The notes: generated by a model not told the origin, from the sequence alone. Shown: positions 1 to 9,021, numbered from the stretch's first letter. The stretch: DNA of 20,000 bases from an uncultured virus (IMG/VR IMGVR_UViG_3300021400_004107) (IMGVR_UViG_3300021400_004107); one strand, 5' to 3'. Numbers and translations: made by a program.

Positions 1-1356
1 GAGGATCTTTACTACAACGGGATCCACATTGCGACACACTCCGACCTTAAGGACAAGGATCAGACTTTCGACATTCCTGAGCTGCACACGACTGCTTCTA
101 CGGCAATCGGCAATACAGTTGAGTATTCGGATCAGGCAGTAGTTACTGACCGTGTCTTCTACAGCAATCTCGTACCCGGTAAGGAATACGAGATCACGGG
201 TACACTGGTAGTCAAGGCTTCCGGTGAGTCTGTCAAGGATGCTGAGGGACACGAAGTTACAGCAACTGTTACTTTCACTCCGGAAACGACTGAAGGATAT
301 GTCGACGTCGTATTCACATTCGACGCTACTGTCTATGTCGGTGAAACACTCGTTGCCTTCGAGACTCTGTCTCACAAGGGCATTGAGTATGTTGCTCACG
401 CTGACCTCGAAGACGAAGATCAGACGGTCTATGTACCTGAGATCCACACAACGGCTTCGACAGCTATAGGCAATGTCGTTGAGTATTCCGAACAGGCAAC
501 TGTAACAGACCGCGTATTCTATACAGGTCTTACGGTCGGCAAGACTTACGAAGTAACCGGTACGCTGGTTGTTAAGTCCACCGGCGATACAGTCAGAGAT
601 GCTAACGGCGAGGCCATCGTTGCAATGGCTGCTTTCACGCCTGAGACATCCGAAGGCTTCGTAGATGTCACATTCGTATTCGACGCAACGCTCTATCAGG
701 GCGAAGCTCTCGTAGCGTTTGAGACATTGACTTACGAAGGTATCGTGTACGCAGTACACACAGACCTCGAAGACGAGGATCAGACGGTCTATGTACCTGA
801 GATCCACACAACGGCTACTGACGCCAACGGCAATAAGGTATTCCAGGCTACCGAATCTGCGACTATCGTAGATGAGATCGCTTACGAGAACCTTGAGCCC
901 GGCACGATCTACCGTGCTGACGGTGTTCTTATGGATAAGTCCACAGGCGCTCCTCTCCTGATCAATGGTCAGGAAGTACACGCAAGTGTCGAGTTTACGC
1001 CTGAGACTCCTGACGGCACTGTCACGGTGACATTCACGTTCAACGCGAGCGCACTTGCAGGCAAGAGCCTTGTAGTCTTTGAGAACGTCTACGACATCTC
1101 CGGTGCGTTTGTCGTTAACCAGGAGACAGGCGAAGAGGTCTTCGATGAAACCATAGAGACACTCGTTGCAACACACGAGGATCTTGAGGACGAGGGCCAG
1201 ACAGTTACGATCACGGAAGCACCTAAGACAGGTGACACTTCAGACATGAGCGGCCTGGCAACAGGCGCCATGATCACTGCAGGTGTTGCTGCTGTTGCAG
1301 GCGCAGCTTTCGTAGCTCTTCGCAAGAAGAATAAGAGCCAGGGCGGTGAGGCGTAA
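1..1356 (+). CDS. Sortase-anchored surface protein with VaFE (T-Q ester bond) repeats, 5'-truncated by the window edge
   Basis: Frame 1 is open from base 1 (EDLYYNGIHIATHSDLKDKDQT...) to TAA 1354-1356. It has ~120-aa repeats with LVAFE/LVVFE and HxDLEDEDQT motifs. The C-terminus has APKTG, a hydrophobic helix and a basic tail (RKKNK). Confidence 0.9.
   Translation, partial: EDLYYNGIHIATHSDLKDKDQTFDIPELHTTASTAIGNTVEYSDQAVVTDRVFYSNLVPGKEYEITGTLVVKASGESVKDAEGHEVTATVTFTPETTEGYVDVVFTFDATVYVGETLVAFETLSHKGIEYVAHADLEDEDQTVYVPEIHTTASTAIGNVVEYSEQATVTDRVFYTGLTVGKTYEVTGTLVVKSTGDTVRDANGEAIVAMAAFTPETSEGFVDVTFVFDATLYQGEALVAFETLTYEGIVYAVHTDLEDEDQTVYVPEIHTTATDANGNKVFQATESATIVDEIAYENLEPGTIYRADGVLMDKSTGAPLLINGQEVHASVEFTPETPDGTVTVTFTFNASALAGKSLVVFENVYDISGAFVVNQETGEEVFDETIETLVATHEDLEDEGQTVTITEAPKTGDTSDMSGLATGAMITAGVAAVAGAAFVALRKKNKSQGGEA
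60..1210 (+). repeat. Intragenic tandem domain repeats, period ~360 bp
   Basis: gacctcgaagacga(a/g)gatcagacggtctatgtacctgagatccacacaacggct occurs at 403-456 and 763-816, 360 bp apart. gagtattc occurs at 121 and 481. Confidence 0.9.
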
Positions 1357-1377
1357 AGCCTCCCGCTTAAGGCTTCC

Positions 1378-1439
1378 TTCTTAGGCTGACAGCGGGCCTC
1401 GGAGCTTAGTGCTTCGGGACCCGTTACTGAGCTTAAGAA
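1378..1439 (+). other. Long imperfect intergenic stem-loop between adhesin and sortase
   Basis: TTCTTAGGCT (1378-1387) pairs with AGCTTAAGAA (1430-1439), enclosing an inner GC-rich stem. No U-tract follows. Confidence 0.6.
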
Positions 1440-1513
1440 AGAGCAGAAGAGAGTTATCGCTCTAGCCGTTTCTCTTATCTGCTTGCGTGTTTATAAGAAA
1501 GGACAGTATTTCC

Positions 1514-2341
1514 ATGAACAGATTGACTCTCGTTCGGGTGCAGAACGGTGGCAAGAAACTGCTTCTTTTAATTTGCCTTGCAGCTGTGTGTGTCTGCGGA
1601 TATTTCCTTGTCCGTATGCTTTTAATAGAGGAAGCACAGAAGATAGGGCAACAGGAATACTGGCATCTATCTGAAGAGATGGGTCCTGAAGACGAGACGC
1701 CCGAAGAGAGACTTGTCGAGGTTCAGCTCGCTGAGCCTTTAGAGGTTTTGCCTGAATACGCGGATATGCTTGCCGAGTATCCGAACTTTGCTGGGTGGAT
1801 CAGTATCCCTGATACTGAGTTCAGTTACCCGGTCATGATTGCTCCGGAAGAAGATCCTAATTACTATCTATTTCATAACTATGAGGGAACTCGTACCGAC
1901 CTCGGTTGCCCGTATATCCCGTATTACAGTAGCTACGATGCGGATAACGTAATGATATATGGTCATCATATCAGAAATCACCGCATGTTTGGCTTTCTCG
2001 AGAATTACCAGGACGAGGATTTCTATAACGAGCACCGCTTCATATTCTATGATACGCCCTATCAGCATCGCATTTACTATATTGTGTCGGTGATGATCAT
2101 ATCGGTAGAAGATCCGAGATTCCATTTCCAGGATTTCGTTAACTGGGGCGGGATCGGGCAGTCGCATTTTTATAATCAGGAGTGTTATGACCGCAACATT
2201 TTCGACTCGGACACTCTGCCTGATGATGGAGACAAATTGCTCACATTAGTTACTTGTGAATATTCCATTCCAAATGGCAAAGGCCGATTGGTCATAGTGG
2301 CACAAGATGTTACTGCTTATGACACCGAATCTGAGAATTAA
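1514..2341 (+). CDS. srtB: Class B sortase
   Basis: N-terminal TM anchor, GWISIPDT..YPV, YYL.HNY.G, IYGHH (catalytic His), LTLVTC (catalytic Cys) and GRLVIVA (Arg). AAGGA lies before ATG 1514; an alternative GTG start is at 1487. Confidence 0.92.
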   Translation: MNRLTLVRVQNGGKKLLLLICLAAVCVCGYFLVRMLLIEEAQKIGQQEYWHLSEEMGPEDETPEERLVEVQLAEPLEVLPEYADMLAEYPNFAGWISIPDTEFSYPVMIAPEEDPNYYLFHNYEGTRTDLGCPYIPYYSSYDADNVMIYGHHIRNHRMFGFLENYQDEDFYNEHRFIFYDTPYQHRIYYIVSVMIISVEDPRFHFQDFVNWGGIGQSHFYNQECYDRNIFDSDTLPDDGDKLLTLVTCEYSIPNGKGRLVIVAQDVTAYDTESEN

Positions 2342-2370
2342 GTTCTTTTGCAAATAAGAGAGGAGCTCAT

Positions 2371-2640
2371 ATGGATAAACACGAATATTTTGAGAAGTAT
2401 CGAAAGGCCCATGATCTTCCGGAGATTAAAGACTTCGGTATGGCCAAAGAGCATGATCCGAGGTCCGTAGAACTGTTTGGCTATATCTCTGAGGTCGATT
2501 ACGGCAATGGTGACTATTTCTGCTTCAAGAGCGGCGGAGACGGTGATAACGGTGAGATCTTAATGGATCTGCTGGACTGCTTCTTTAAGAACAAGGACAA
2601 GTTAGAAAGTGTTGAGCAAGGTCTTGGCACGGAAAGGTAG
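2371..2640 (+). CDS. Hypothetical phage-type protein (YFCFKSGGDGDNGE motif)
   Basis: ORF with strong RBS (gagaggag) before the ATG. Confidence 0.75.
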   Translation: MDKHEYFEKYRKAHDLPEIKDFGMAKEHDPRSVELFGYISEVDYGNGDYFCFKSGGDGDNGEILMDLLDCFFKNKDKLESVEQGLGTER

Positions 2641-2646
2641 GGGCCT

Positions 2647-2907
2647 ATGTTAGGAGCTGTGTTGTCGACTTTAGTTGCCATAGCATGTGTTGCCGGGTTT
2701 GTTGTATTCATATTCCGTAAGGGCAAAGAGTATCAGGACAAGGAAAAGTGTGCTTTTGATGATCTGGCCAAGGAGAGTAACGCTAAAGCCGACCGGGAAT
2801 TGCAAGAAACTAAGGCTACGTTCTGCGGATACTGCGGCAGGTTTAATCTGGGCCCGGTAGATGTCTGTAGGTATTGCGGGGCAATACTAAATAAGGAGAA
2901 GAATTGA
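2647..2907 (+). CDS. Membrane protein with C-terminal zinc ribbon
   Basis: N-terminal TM helix; CGYC-x10-CRYC near the C-terminus. Confidence 0.75.
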   Translation: MLGAVLSTLVAIACVAGFVVFIFRKGKEYQDKEKCAFDDLAKESNAKADRELQETKATFCGYCGRFNLGPVDVCRYCGAILNKEKN

Positions 2908-2908
2908 T

Positions 2909-3220
2909 ATGAACGTGCATATGCAAGGTGATCCTTCTCAGATAATCCCGGTGCTGATCGGCATGGTGCTGTGTTTTATCATAAGCGCCGTTCCTATAAT
3001 GACTGTTATCATAGCGCTCGTCAGGCATTTTAAGCGTCAGGCGAAGAACGATGCCGACATGATGAAGAAAGCGGCGGAGATAAAGAGCAAGCAACTCGAG
3101 ATCGAGGAGAATAAGGGCATTCCGAAGCGGATAGTCGAATGCCCATTCTGCGGCAGAGTCAATCGCTATGACACAGGCTCGTGTAAATATTGCGGAGGCG
3201 TGCTGAATTTGAAAGAGTGA
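2909..3220 (+). CDS. Membrane protein with C-terminal zinc ribbon (paralog of 2647-2907)
   Basis: TM helix; CPFC-x10-CKYC; RBS aaggag upstream. Confidence 0.75.
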   Translation: MNVHMQGDPSQIIPVLIGMVLCFIISAVPIMTVIIALVRHFKRQAKNDADMMKKAAEIKSKQLEIEENKGIPKRIVECPFCGRVNRYDTGSCKYCGGVLNLKE

Positions 3221-3236
3221 AAGGAAAGTAACTGCT

Positions 3237-3536
3237 ATGCTTGTTTTGCCGATCAAGAAACGCTGGTTCGACATGATCCTGTCCGGAGAGAAGAAAGAGG
3301 AGTACCGCGATATCAAGCCGTATTACTGTTCCCGTCTTACATCGGCGGGCTATCTGGATCAGTACGGGCTTCCGACATTGAAACATGGAAAAGTGCTCTT
3401 TAGGAACAGATACTCCAAAACCTCACCATCGTTTACGGCACTGGTCACGGTCGATATTAAAACAGGCAACTCTGACTGGGGCGCCGAGCCTGGTAAGGAA
3501 TACTATGTCCTGTCTATTAAAGAGATCATCCACTAG
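3237..3536 (+). CDS. ASCH/PUA-like domain protein
   Basis: LPIKKRWFDMILSGEKKEEYR matches the N-terminal GxKxxExR signature of phage ASCH-like proteins. C-terminal WGAEPGKEYYVL is also typical. Confidence 0.8.
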   Translation: MLVLPIKKRWFDMILSGEKKEEYRDIKPYYCSRLTSAGYLDQYGLPTLKHGKVLFRNRYSKTSPSFTALVTVDIKTGNSDWGAEPGKEYYVLSIKEIIH

Positions 3537-3604
3537 GGAATCGGGGGGGGTATAGGTGAATTTGCTGGCAAACTTGTCTTGTTTTTAAGAAGAAAAGGGG
3601 GCTT

Positions 3605-4183
3605 TTGATGCATTTGTTGACCATAATTCCCGGTAGTATCCTATATAGGTTTGTGAATGAAAGACCGGGTAACGTCCAGATTTCGTTTCGTGAAAATAAA
3701 GGGGAGGATGGACGCTTTAATAAGAACGAATCACTTGCCTATTTTTCTTTATCCGTTGATGATTTGATGGATGAATTAGGTAGGAGTAATAAGATAATGG
3801 GAAGTATGTTAACTGCGATTGTTCAAAAGCCCGTTGTTATTGTCTACCCCGATCGTGAGACTGAATTTAATGCTTATAGAGCCATAAACAATAATCATGT
3901 TCGATCTCCGGAGTTTAAGTGCGCATATCGCCGCCTTTCTTTTCCTATTATACCTGACTACGAGATTACTAATGATTTGGCTCATTACTATTTAAAGGAT
4001 CTATGTATCGATGGAATAGGGTATTCTTCTGCACAAGGGTTAAATTTAATGGCTAATGGCAGGCTGTATTATTTAGGCAAAACTAATGAGATATCGCCAT
4101 TTGTTCAAAATATAGCTTTGAAACGGCAGGGCTACGACAAATTAAAAATACAGTCTCCTGTGCCCTATTGGCATTTGCCTTAG
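3605..4183 (+). CDS. RES-domain-like protein (putative NAD+-consuming toxin family)
   Basis: Motifs LYR, GRFN, YFS, E, Y..T..LA, DGIGYSS and N.AL occur in RES-domain order. The gene is visibly more AT-rich than its neighbours. Confidence 0.65.
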   Translation: MMHLLTIIPGSILYRFVNERPGNVQISFRENKGEDGRFNKNESLAYFSLSVDDLMDELGRSNKIMGSMLTAIVQKPVVIVYPDRETEFNAYRAINNNHVRSPEFKCAYRRLSFPIIPDYEITNDLAHYYLKDLCIDGIGYSSAQGLNLMANGRLYYLGKTNEISPFVQNIALKRQGYDKLKIQSPVPYWHLP

Positions 4184-4208
4184 TACAGTTATTTCTATTC
4201 ATAAACTC

Positions 4209-4258
4209 TTTCATTCCTGACAAGAAGTTGTTATAATATAGATATAGAAATTTCTATA
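4209..4258 (+). promoter_or_regulatory. Sigma70-type promoter with downstream palindromic operator
   Basis: TTTCAT (4209-4214), 17 bp, TGnTATAAT (-10 at 4232-4237). A perfect 16-bp palindrome TATAGAAATTTCTATA sits at 4243-4258. Confidence 0.7.
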
Positions 4259-4307
4259 ACAAACTTAACTCAAGATGGATAAGACTCAATAAGAAAGAAA
4301 GGGTCAC

Positions 4308-4658
4308 ATGTTTGCAAATCAGACTATTATCATTTTTGCCGTATTCTGCGCAGTCGTTTTGATCTGTCTGGGTATCGGTATTTTTCTAGCTTTCAGGTCT
4401 AATGATCATCACATAGCTTATATAGTTATAGTGCCCGCGATACTGGCTGCCTTGTTGGCGATCCTGTTGCGCGACGATGTGGAAAAGCGCTATAGCGCCG
4501 GCGAGTATGACCTTTCACGCATGGCGGAAGATTATGGAGCTGCGGTTGATTATGGTGACTATGACGAACCGAGGCTCGAGCACTATCTTCTGACTGACGA
4601 GTGGATATACAGAATCCCGCAGTTCGAAGACCCGGGTGAACAATACAGATTGAACTGA
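4308..4658 (+). CDS. Hypothetical membrane protein (2 TM)
   Basis: ORF with two hydrophobic segments and an upstream RBS. Confidence 0.7.
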   Translation: MFANQTIIIFAVFCAVVLICLGIGIFLAFRSNDHHIAYIVIVPAILAALLAILLRDDVEKRYSAGEYDLSRMAEDYGAAVDYGDYDEPRLEHYLLTDEWIYRIPQFEDPGEQYRLN

Positions 4659-4682
4659 GGAAGGATTCTCGAGGTGCCCGTT

Positions 4683-4835
4683 ATGAAAAGCAACATCCAC
4701 AAGAAGGCAACTTTTGAAGACAAGTTCGACCGCAAGTACGCGTGCTGGGTTAAGAACAATCCGAAGGCGTGGCGGTTCTGGAAAAAACGGAACAGGAAAC
4801 TGTTCAGGAAGCAAAGAATAGGAGAGGAGATTTGA
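4683..4835 (+). CDS. Small basic protein, 50 aa (not in ORF track)
   Basis: RBS gaggtg; MKSNIHKKATFEDKFDRKYACWVKNNPKAWRFWKKRNRKLFRKQRIGEEI*. It fills the gap between neighbouring genes. Confidence 0.6.
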   Translation: MKSNIHKKATFEDKFDRKYACWVKNNPKAWRFWKKRNRKLFRKQRIGEEI

Positions 4836-4837
4836 TT

Positions 4838-5155
4838 ATGATCGTAGTTTTTATTGCATGTGCTGTTCTCGGGATAGTAATCGCAAGTGTACTGTTAACG
4901 CGCACCGAAAGACTTTGGCAAATGGTCATAGTAACGGCTGCTGCGTCATTCTTAATTGCGTTCGGCGGAGTCGGTGTGATAGACGAGTATAAGAAGTACA
5001 CAGCTCCCGCACCCTCAACTGTCACTGTTCACTTTATCGAGAGCGACAGATATGTCGAGTATGAAAACGCTCAATACTATTCAGACACCGGCAAGATTGT
5101 CCTGGAAGACGGCTCCGTAGTACAGCTCGCTAATGCCGAGATTACTTGTGAATAA
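4838..5155 (+). CDS. Hypothetical membrane protein (2 TM)
   Basis: RBS aggagaggag before ATG 4838, in frame with track ORF 4769-5155. Confidence 0.7.
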   Translation: MIVVFIACAVLGIVIASVLLTRTERLWQMVIVTAAASFLIAFGGVGVIDEYKKYTAPAPSTVTVHFIESDRYVEYENAQYYSDTGKIVLEDGSVVQLANAEITCE

Positions 5156-5181
5156 TAAGAATACTGAAAGAAGGACTAAGC

Positions 5182-5601
5182 ATGGGCGTGACGATAACAG
5201 CAACCAAGTCTTCATATTCATTCGACATGGGCTGTGGTGGGTTCTTTGATCTTAGACAGAATATCGCTCACATTCTCAATGAAGAACTGGGCGAGGTCTA
5301 TGAGACGCTGATACATTGTCACAGCCGTGAAGCTTTTGAAGAGCACGACAGAAGGGCTAGCAGGGTCATCGCTAAGTACGATCTCGACAGGTATAGCGGT
5401 GTCTTAGACTTCCTGTACAGTAGTGATTGCGGTGGAAGCGCTAACTATAAGGTCTGTAAGCAGATCTACGATCTCATTAAGGATGTGGACTTCGGAGATA
5501 AGTGCTTCAGGTACGCTATGCGTGCACACAACGACTACGAAGAGTTCAAGGCATTCTTAATGGAGTGTTACTCGCACAGAAGATCGATGCGTTGGTATTA
5601 A
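5182..5601 (+). CDS. Hypothetical protein
   Basis: 139-aa ORF with RBS aagga. Confidence 0.75.
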   Translation: MGVTITATKSSYSFDMGCGGFFDLRQNIAHILNEELGEVYETLIHCHSREAFEEHDRRASRVIAKYDLDRYSGVLDFLYSSDCGGSANYKVCKQIYDLIKDVDFGDKCFRYAMRAHNDYEEFKAFLMECYSHRRSMRWY

Positions 5602-5614
5602 GGAGGCCAAGAAA

Positions 5615-5902
5615 ATGTTCCTGATCGTCTTTCTTTCTTTTATGATTGGTCTCGGTATCTTCCTTGCTGTAAAGGGCTTAAGAGAATGGGACGAAACCAA
5701 CTTTATGCTCGGTATCGGTATGACCATATTATTTGCCTTATCGATTTTAGGTACGGTACTTGAATACTCGGTCCCGTTTGTGCAAGTCGGTATCGGTATC
5801 GGAATAGGCGCACTGTCTTTTGTTTCTGTGTGTCTTATCATACGCTTCCTGTCCTGGTTGTATCTGAATACAGACAAGCTTGACTGGATAAACTACTTAT
5901 AA
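5615..5902 (+). CDS. Hypothetical membrane protein (3 TM)
   Basis: RBS aaggagg; highly hydrophobic. Confidence 0.7.
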   Translation: MFLIVFLSFMIGLGIFLAVKGLREWDETNFMLGIGMTILFALSILGTVLEYSVPFVQVGIGIGIGALSFVSVCLIIRFLSWLYLNTDKLDWINYL

Positions 5903-6034
5903 CTAAAGAGGAGAATTTGCGATATCTCGTGTGGGGATGACACAAATCAAACAATCGTAGCAGTAAAAGTCACTTAAGGCGATAAAGAGCGAGGAAAGCA
6001 AGAATATCTCAGCTCGTTATAATTAAGATAACAC

Positions 6035-6067
6035 AGCCGTACGGGAAGTTTTTCTTGTACGGCTTTT
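6035..6067 (+). terminator. Rho-independent terminator
   Basis: AGCCGTACGGGAA / TTCTTGTACGGCT stem followed by T residues. Confidence 0.7.
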
Positions 6068-6092
6068 GCATTATTAGATCAGGAGGAATCGG

Positions 6093-6482
6093 ATGGATCC
6101 GATGAAGATTACTGCAGGGGAGCATAAAGCTTTCTTAAAGGCTTTAACCCCCGACCAGTCGGAAGAGCTCAAGGAACTGGGTCTCAAGTGGAGTCCATTC
6201 CGTGCGCGAGGTTGGACTTACGAGCATCTTGGCGGGAACAATTTCAAATTCACTGCACCGAATAGTAAGTATTTCTTCGCGCACATGGATTTCGACAGCG
6301 GCAACATTATTTACACGGGGCCGCAGGGTGAGGAGATGTCACCCGGGTCTTGTGTGGGAAGGAATTTCGAATGCAGAGGCGTCAGAGCCGTTCGGGTTAC
6401 TGCTAAAACAGTCGCCAGAGCGGTGTTTTATTACGAGAGACTGAAGTATCAATTGTCACTCGAGGAACAAGATAAGGAGTAA
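6093..6482 (+). CDS. Hypothetical protein
   Basis: RBS aggagg; 129-aa ORF. Confidence 0.75.
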   Translation: MDPMKITAGEHKAFLKALTPDQSEELKELGLKWSPFRARGWTYEHLGGNNFKFTAPNSKYFFAHMDFDSGNIIYTGPQGEEMSPGSCVGRNFECRGVRAVRVTAKTVARAVFYYERLKYQLSLEEQDKE

Positions 6483-6486
6483 GACT

Positions 6487-7557
6487 ATGTCAGGTATGAG
6501 CCCGGATCTGTATTTACGCTTCATGCATAAGTTTACAGCAGATGTGTTAGAGGACTTCAACCCCACAAATACGCCGCTATCCAAACTTCCTGTTATTGAC
6601 TTCTGGACTTCAAATTGGGATCCCAGAGAGTTTAACGACAGACCCGATTACCATGACTGGGTGGTCAAGAACGGTTTCGATGCTTTCTTGCCACCGTTTT
6701 CTGCTTGCTGGGTCAAGGTTATGGACCATTGCGCTCTCGTAAGGGCCAGCAGAGATTTTCTGCAGTTCCTTATCTGCGGCAAGATGGTCTTCGATAAGGT
6801 AAACGGGGATCGCCTGGCTTTGTTTAATGTCAAAGGAATGGGTTATCCGTTTATATCTTGCGCTTTGTCTCAGGTTGAGAGAGATACTCTCAACGACTCA
6901 TGGCGTTATACGATTACTAATGGTATCGCGGACCTGTTTATGAGCTTCGATGATCAGGAGTGCAAAGATGTACTTCGAAAGTATCAGATACCGGAATCCT
7001 GCCTTCCCGGAATAAAAGAAAATATGGAGATCAATCTCTCCGAGAACATGTCTCAGGATTTCTTGGACGAGTGGTATGCGCTGTCTAATTGTGTTATGGC
7101 TGCTCTTGCCGTAACGAACTATCTGTTATCAAGACGCTCCATCGAGAAGGCAGAGAAGAAATGCATCGTCATTCCCGATTCGGTCAAGCTTTTCGAAGAA
7201 GACCGTCAGGAGCAGAAACGAATTATCAAAAACCTGAAGGAGTATTCTTTCGAGCACGTCACGATCTTATCCACTGATCCGCCTAAGCGCGTTACTGAGC
7301 GCAACATAGATAAGCTGTATGCCAGAGAGCCATACCAGATCCACACTCCCGCCTGGCTTGTTTCGGAGCATACCAGAGCACCGGCCCGTGCTCATGAGCG
7401 CCATCTTAAGGACGGGCGCGTCATCCAGGTCAGAGAGGGCTCGCATACGGCTACGGTTTCTGCACATGTAAATCAGCACAAAGGTATAGAAACGCCTAAG
7501 CCTGACATTGCCGAGTTCAGAGAGACTCTGCAGGTCTGGGAAGGCCGAGGATATTAA
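6487..7557 (+). CDS. Hypothetical phage-type protein with His-rich C-terminal motif
   Basis: 356-aa ORF with RBS aaggag. C-terminal WLVSEHTR...AHERHLKDGRVIQV resembles the VRGHWR-type motif of phage proteins. Confidence 0.75.
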   Translation: MSGMSPDLYLRFMHKFTADVLEDFNPTNTPLSKLPVIDFWTSNWDPREFNDRPDYHDWVVKNGFDAFLPPFSACWVKVMDHCALVRASRDFLQFLICGKMVFDKVNGDRLALFNVKGMGYPFISCALSQVERDTLNDSWRYTITNGIADLFMSFDDQECKDVLRKYQIPESCLPGIKENMEINLSENMSQDFLDEWYALSNCVMAALAVTNYLLSRRSIEKAEKKCIVIPDSVKLFEEDRQEQKRIIKNLKEYSFEHVTILSTDPPKRVTERNIDKLYAREPYQIHTPAWLVSEHTRAPARAHERHLKDGRVIQVREGSHTATVSAHVNQHKGIETPKPDIAEFRETLQVWEGRGY

Positions 7558-7576
7558 CTAATATGAGGAGGTTCAT

Positions 7577-7876
7577 ATGGAAGTTTATGTAACCAGTATT
7601 TATGACAACGATTCCGACACATCCGATCTCAAAGTGTTCGAGACGAAGGAACAGGCCCAGGCTTACGCCTATTCGGAATACGAGAAGATCTATCTTCAGC
7701 ACCAGAACGACGGCGACTTAGACTGTGACAGTTTTGTTCCGAAGAGTGAATTCTGGCCGGGAGACTTGGGTGAGCAGGATGTATACGCAGTCATTCAGTG
7801 TTATGACATGCACATCACGTTTACCATTGCTACCAGAGAGGTTGAACGCACCCTTGAGATAGGGAGGTGCAGCTGA
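7577..7876 (+). CDS. Hypothetical acidic protein
   Basis: RBS gaggagg; 99 aa. Confidence 0.75.
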   Translation: MEVYVTSIYDNDSDTSDLKVFETKEQAQAYAYSEYEKIYLQHQNDGDLDCDSFVPKSEFWPGDLGEQDVYAVIQCYDMHITFTIATREVERTLEIGRCS

Positions 7877-8052
7877 TGGGGATACTGAAACTGCATCAGG
7901 AAGACGGAAGTGAGATCTTCATTGCTGCGGATGACATACAGGCATTCTACCCGAAGACTAACAGCTCTTCGGCCATAGTGTTCAAGAGTCACGGTCAGCT
8001 GATCGTTAAGGAGACAGCAGATGAAATAAACTTAATGCTCAAAGGAGGATAA
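7876..8052 (+). CDS. FlbD/SwrD-like small protein
   Basis: TGATG overlap with the previous gene and RBS ggaggt. The pattern ILKLH..DG..IFI..DDI...S.IVF..G.LIVKETADEI resembles the FlbD family. Confidence 0.55.
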   Translation: MGILKLHQEDGSEIFIAADDIQAFYPKTNSSSAIVFKSHGQLIVKETADEINLMLKGG

Positions 8053-8056
8053 TACG

Positions 8057-8407
8057 ATGGGAAAGTATGGCTCAGGCCTGTCTTCCGGACAGGTTGCAAA
8101 TCTGGAGAAAGAGGAGATAAGAGAGGCCCTTAACGGGCGTATCAGGGTAGACGAGAACGAGGACGGCTTTGTCTATGCTCCTTGTGACGATAAGGAGAGA
8201 CTCAACAGTATCATTCTTCATGCGTATGATGCGATCTATTTCCAGCTTAATCAGTCGCTGGCATCTGCCAGGGCTCTCGAGAAGATGTACCACGATATGG
8301 GCGGTACCGTTAACCTTCCGAAGTATCAGGAGGCGCTTCTTGCAACCGCCATGACTGACGAGTATATCTACGAAGACGATGAAAAAGATGACGACGGAGA
8401 AGAATGA
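8057..8407 (+). CDS. Hypothetical protein with acidic tail
   Basis: RBS aaggagg. Confidence 0.75.
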   Translation: MGKYGSGLSSGQVANLEKEEIREALNGRIRVDENEDGFVYAPCDDKERLNSIILHAYDAIYFQLNQSLASARALEKMYHDMGGTVNLPKYQEALLATAMTDEYIYEDDEKDDDGEE

Positions 8408-8419
8408 GGAGGTATGTAG

Positions 8420-8809
8420 ATGGAATTACACCATTCTGATCCTGAGATCACTGATGACGGCGACAAGCTTGAATTCTCTGGCGCATATGCATCGTTCTAC
8501 ATGCTTTCGACGTACATATACTCCGAACCGATGTATGTTTTCCAGAAACTGATCCGGAAATCGTCTCTGTCCGCCGAGAACTTATACTCTATGACATTGT
8601 CAGTCGAGCAACTGGCAGAGGGCGAAGGAAAGTCAGTTCACTTGATAGATGCGCCGAGAAGTTTCAGCCTGAACGGTCTTGATAAAACAGAGCTCATGGA
8701 GGCTTTTATTACACTGGTCAGTAATCTCGGCCAGTATGGATTCAACGCTATAGGCTTTTTACCGGGCACCGTTCTGTCCGTTGAGGCGGAAGGAGGTGCC
8801 GATGTCTGA
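8420..8809 (+). CDS. Hypothetical protein
   Basis: RBS gaggaggt. Confidence 0.75.
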   Translation: MELHHSDPEITDDGDKLEFSGAYASFYMLSTYIYSEPMYVFQKLIRKSSLSAENLYSMTLSVEQLAEGEGKSVHLIDAPRSFSLNGLDKTELMEAFITLVSNLGQYGFNAIGFLPGTVLSVEAEGGADV

Positions 8810-8981
8810 TCTGGATGTGACAGTGCGAGAGACTATCGCCAAGTATCACTTGACGGAGGATAGTGCTCCCAAAGAAGTGCTTCAGGCAGCAATAGCGGAG
8901 TTTGGCCTCTCGGAAGGGGGCATGTATGCGGCGGAGATGCGTAACATCTTGTATGCGAACAAAAGAAAGAAAATGACATAA
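8802..8981 (+). CDS. Hypothetical protein, 59 aa
   Basis: RBS aaggaggt before ATG 8802, in frame with track ORF 8781-8981. Confidence 0.7.
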   Translation: MSDLDVTVRETIAKYHLTEDSAPKEVLQAAIAEFGLSEGGMYAAEMRNILYANKRKKMT

Positions 8982-8992
8982 CTGATAAAGCC

Positions 8993-9021
8993 TTGCCGTT
9001 TCTGAAAGATAGAGTTATAAT
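8993..9021 (+). promoter_or_regulatory. Sigma70-type promoter
   Basis: TTGCCG (8993-8998), 17 bp, TATAAT (9016-9021). Confidence 0.75.

Noticed and set aside
224..469. Track ORF 224-469(+) and the start at 625
   Set aside because: 224-469 is out of frame inside the adhesin, and 625 is an internal Met of an ORF open from base 1.
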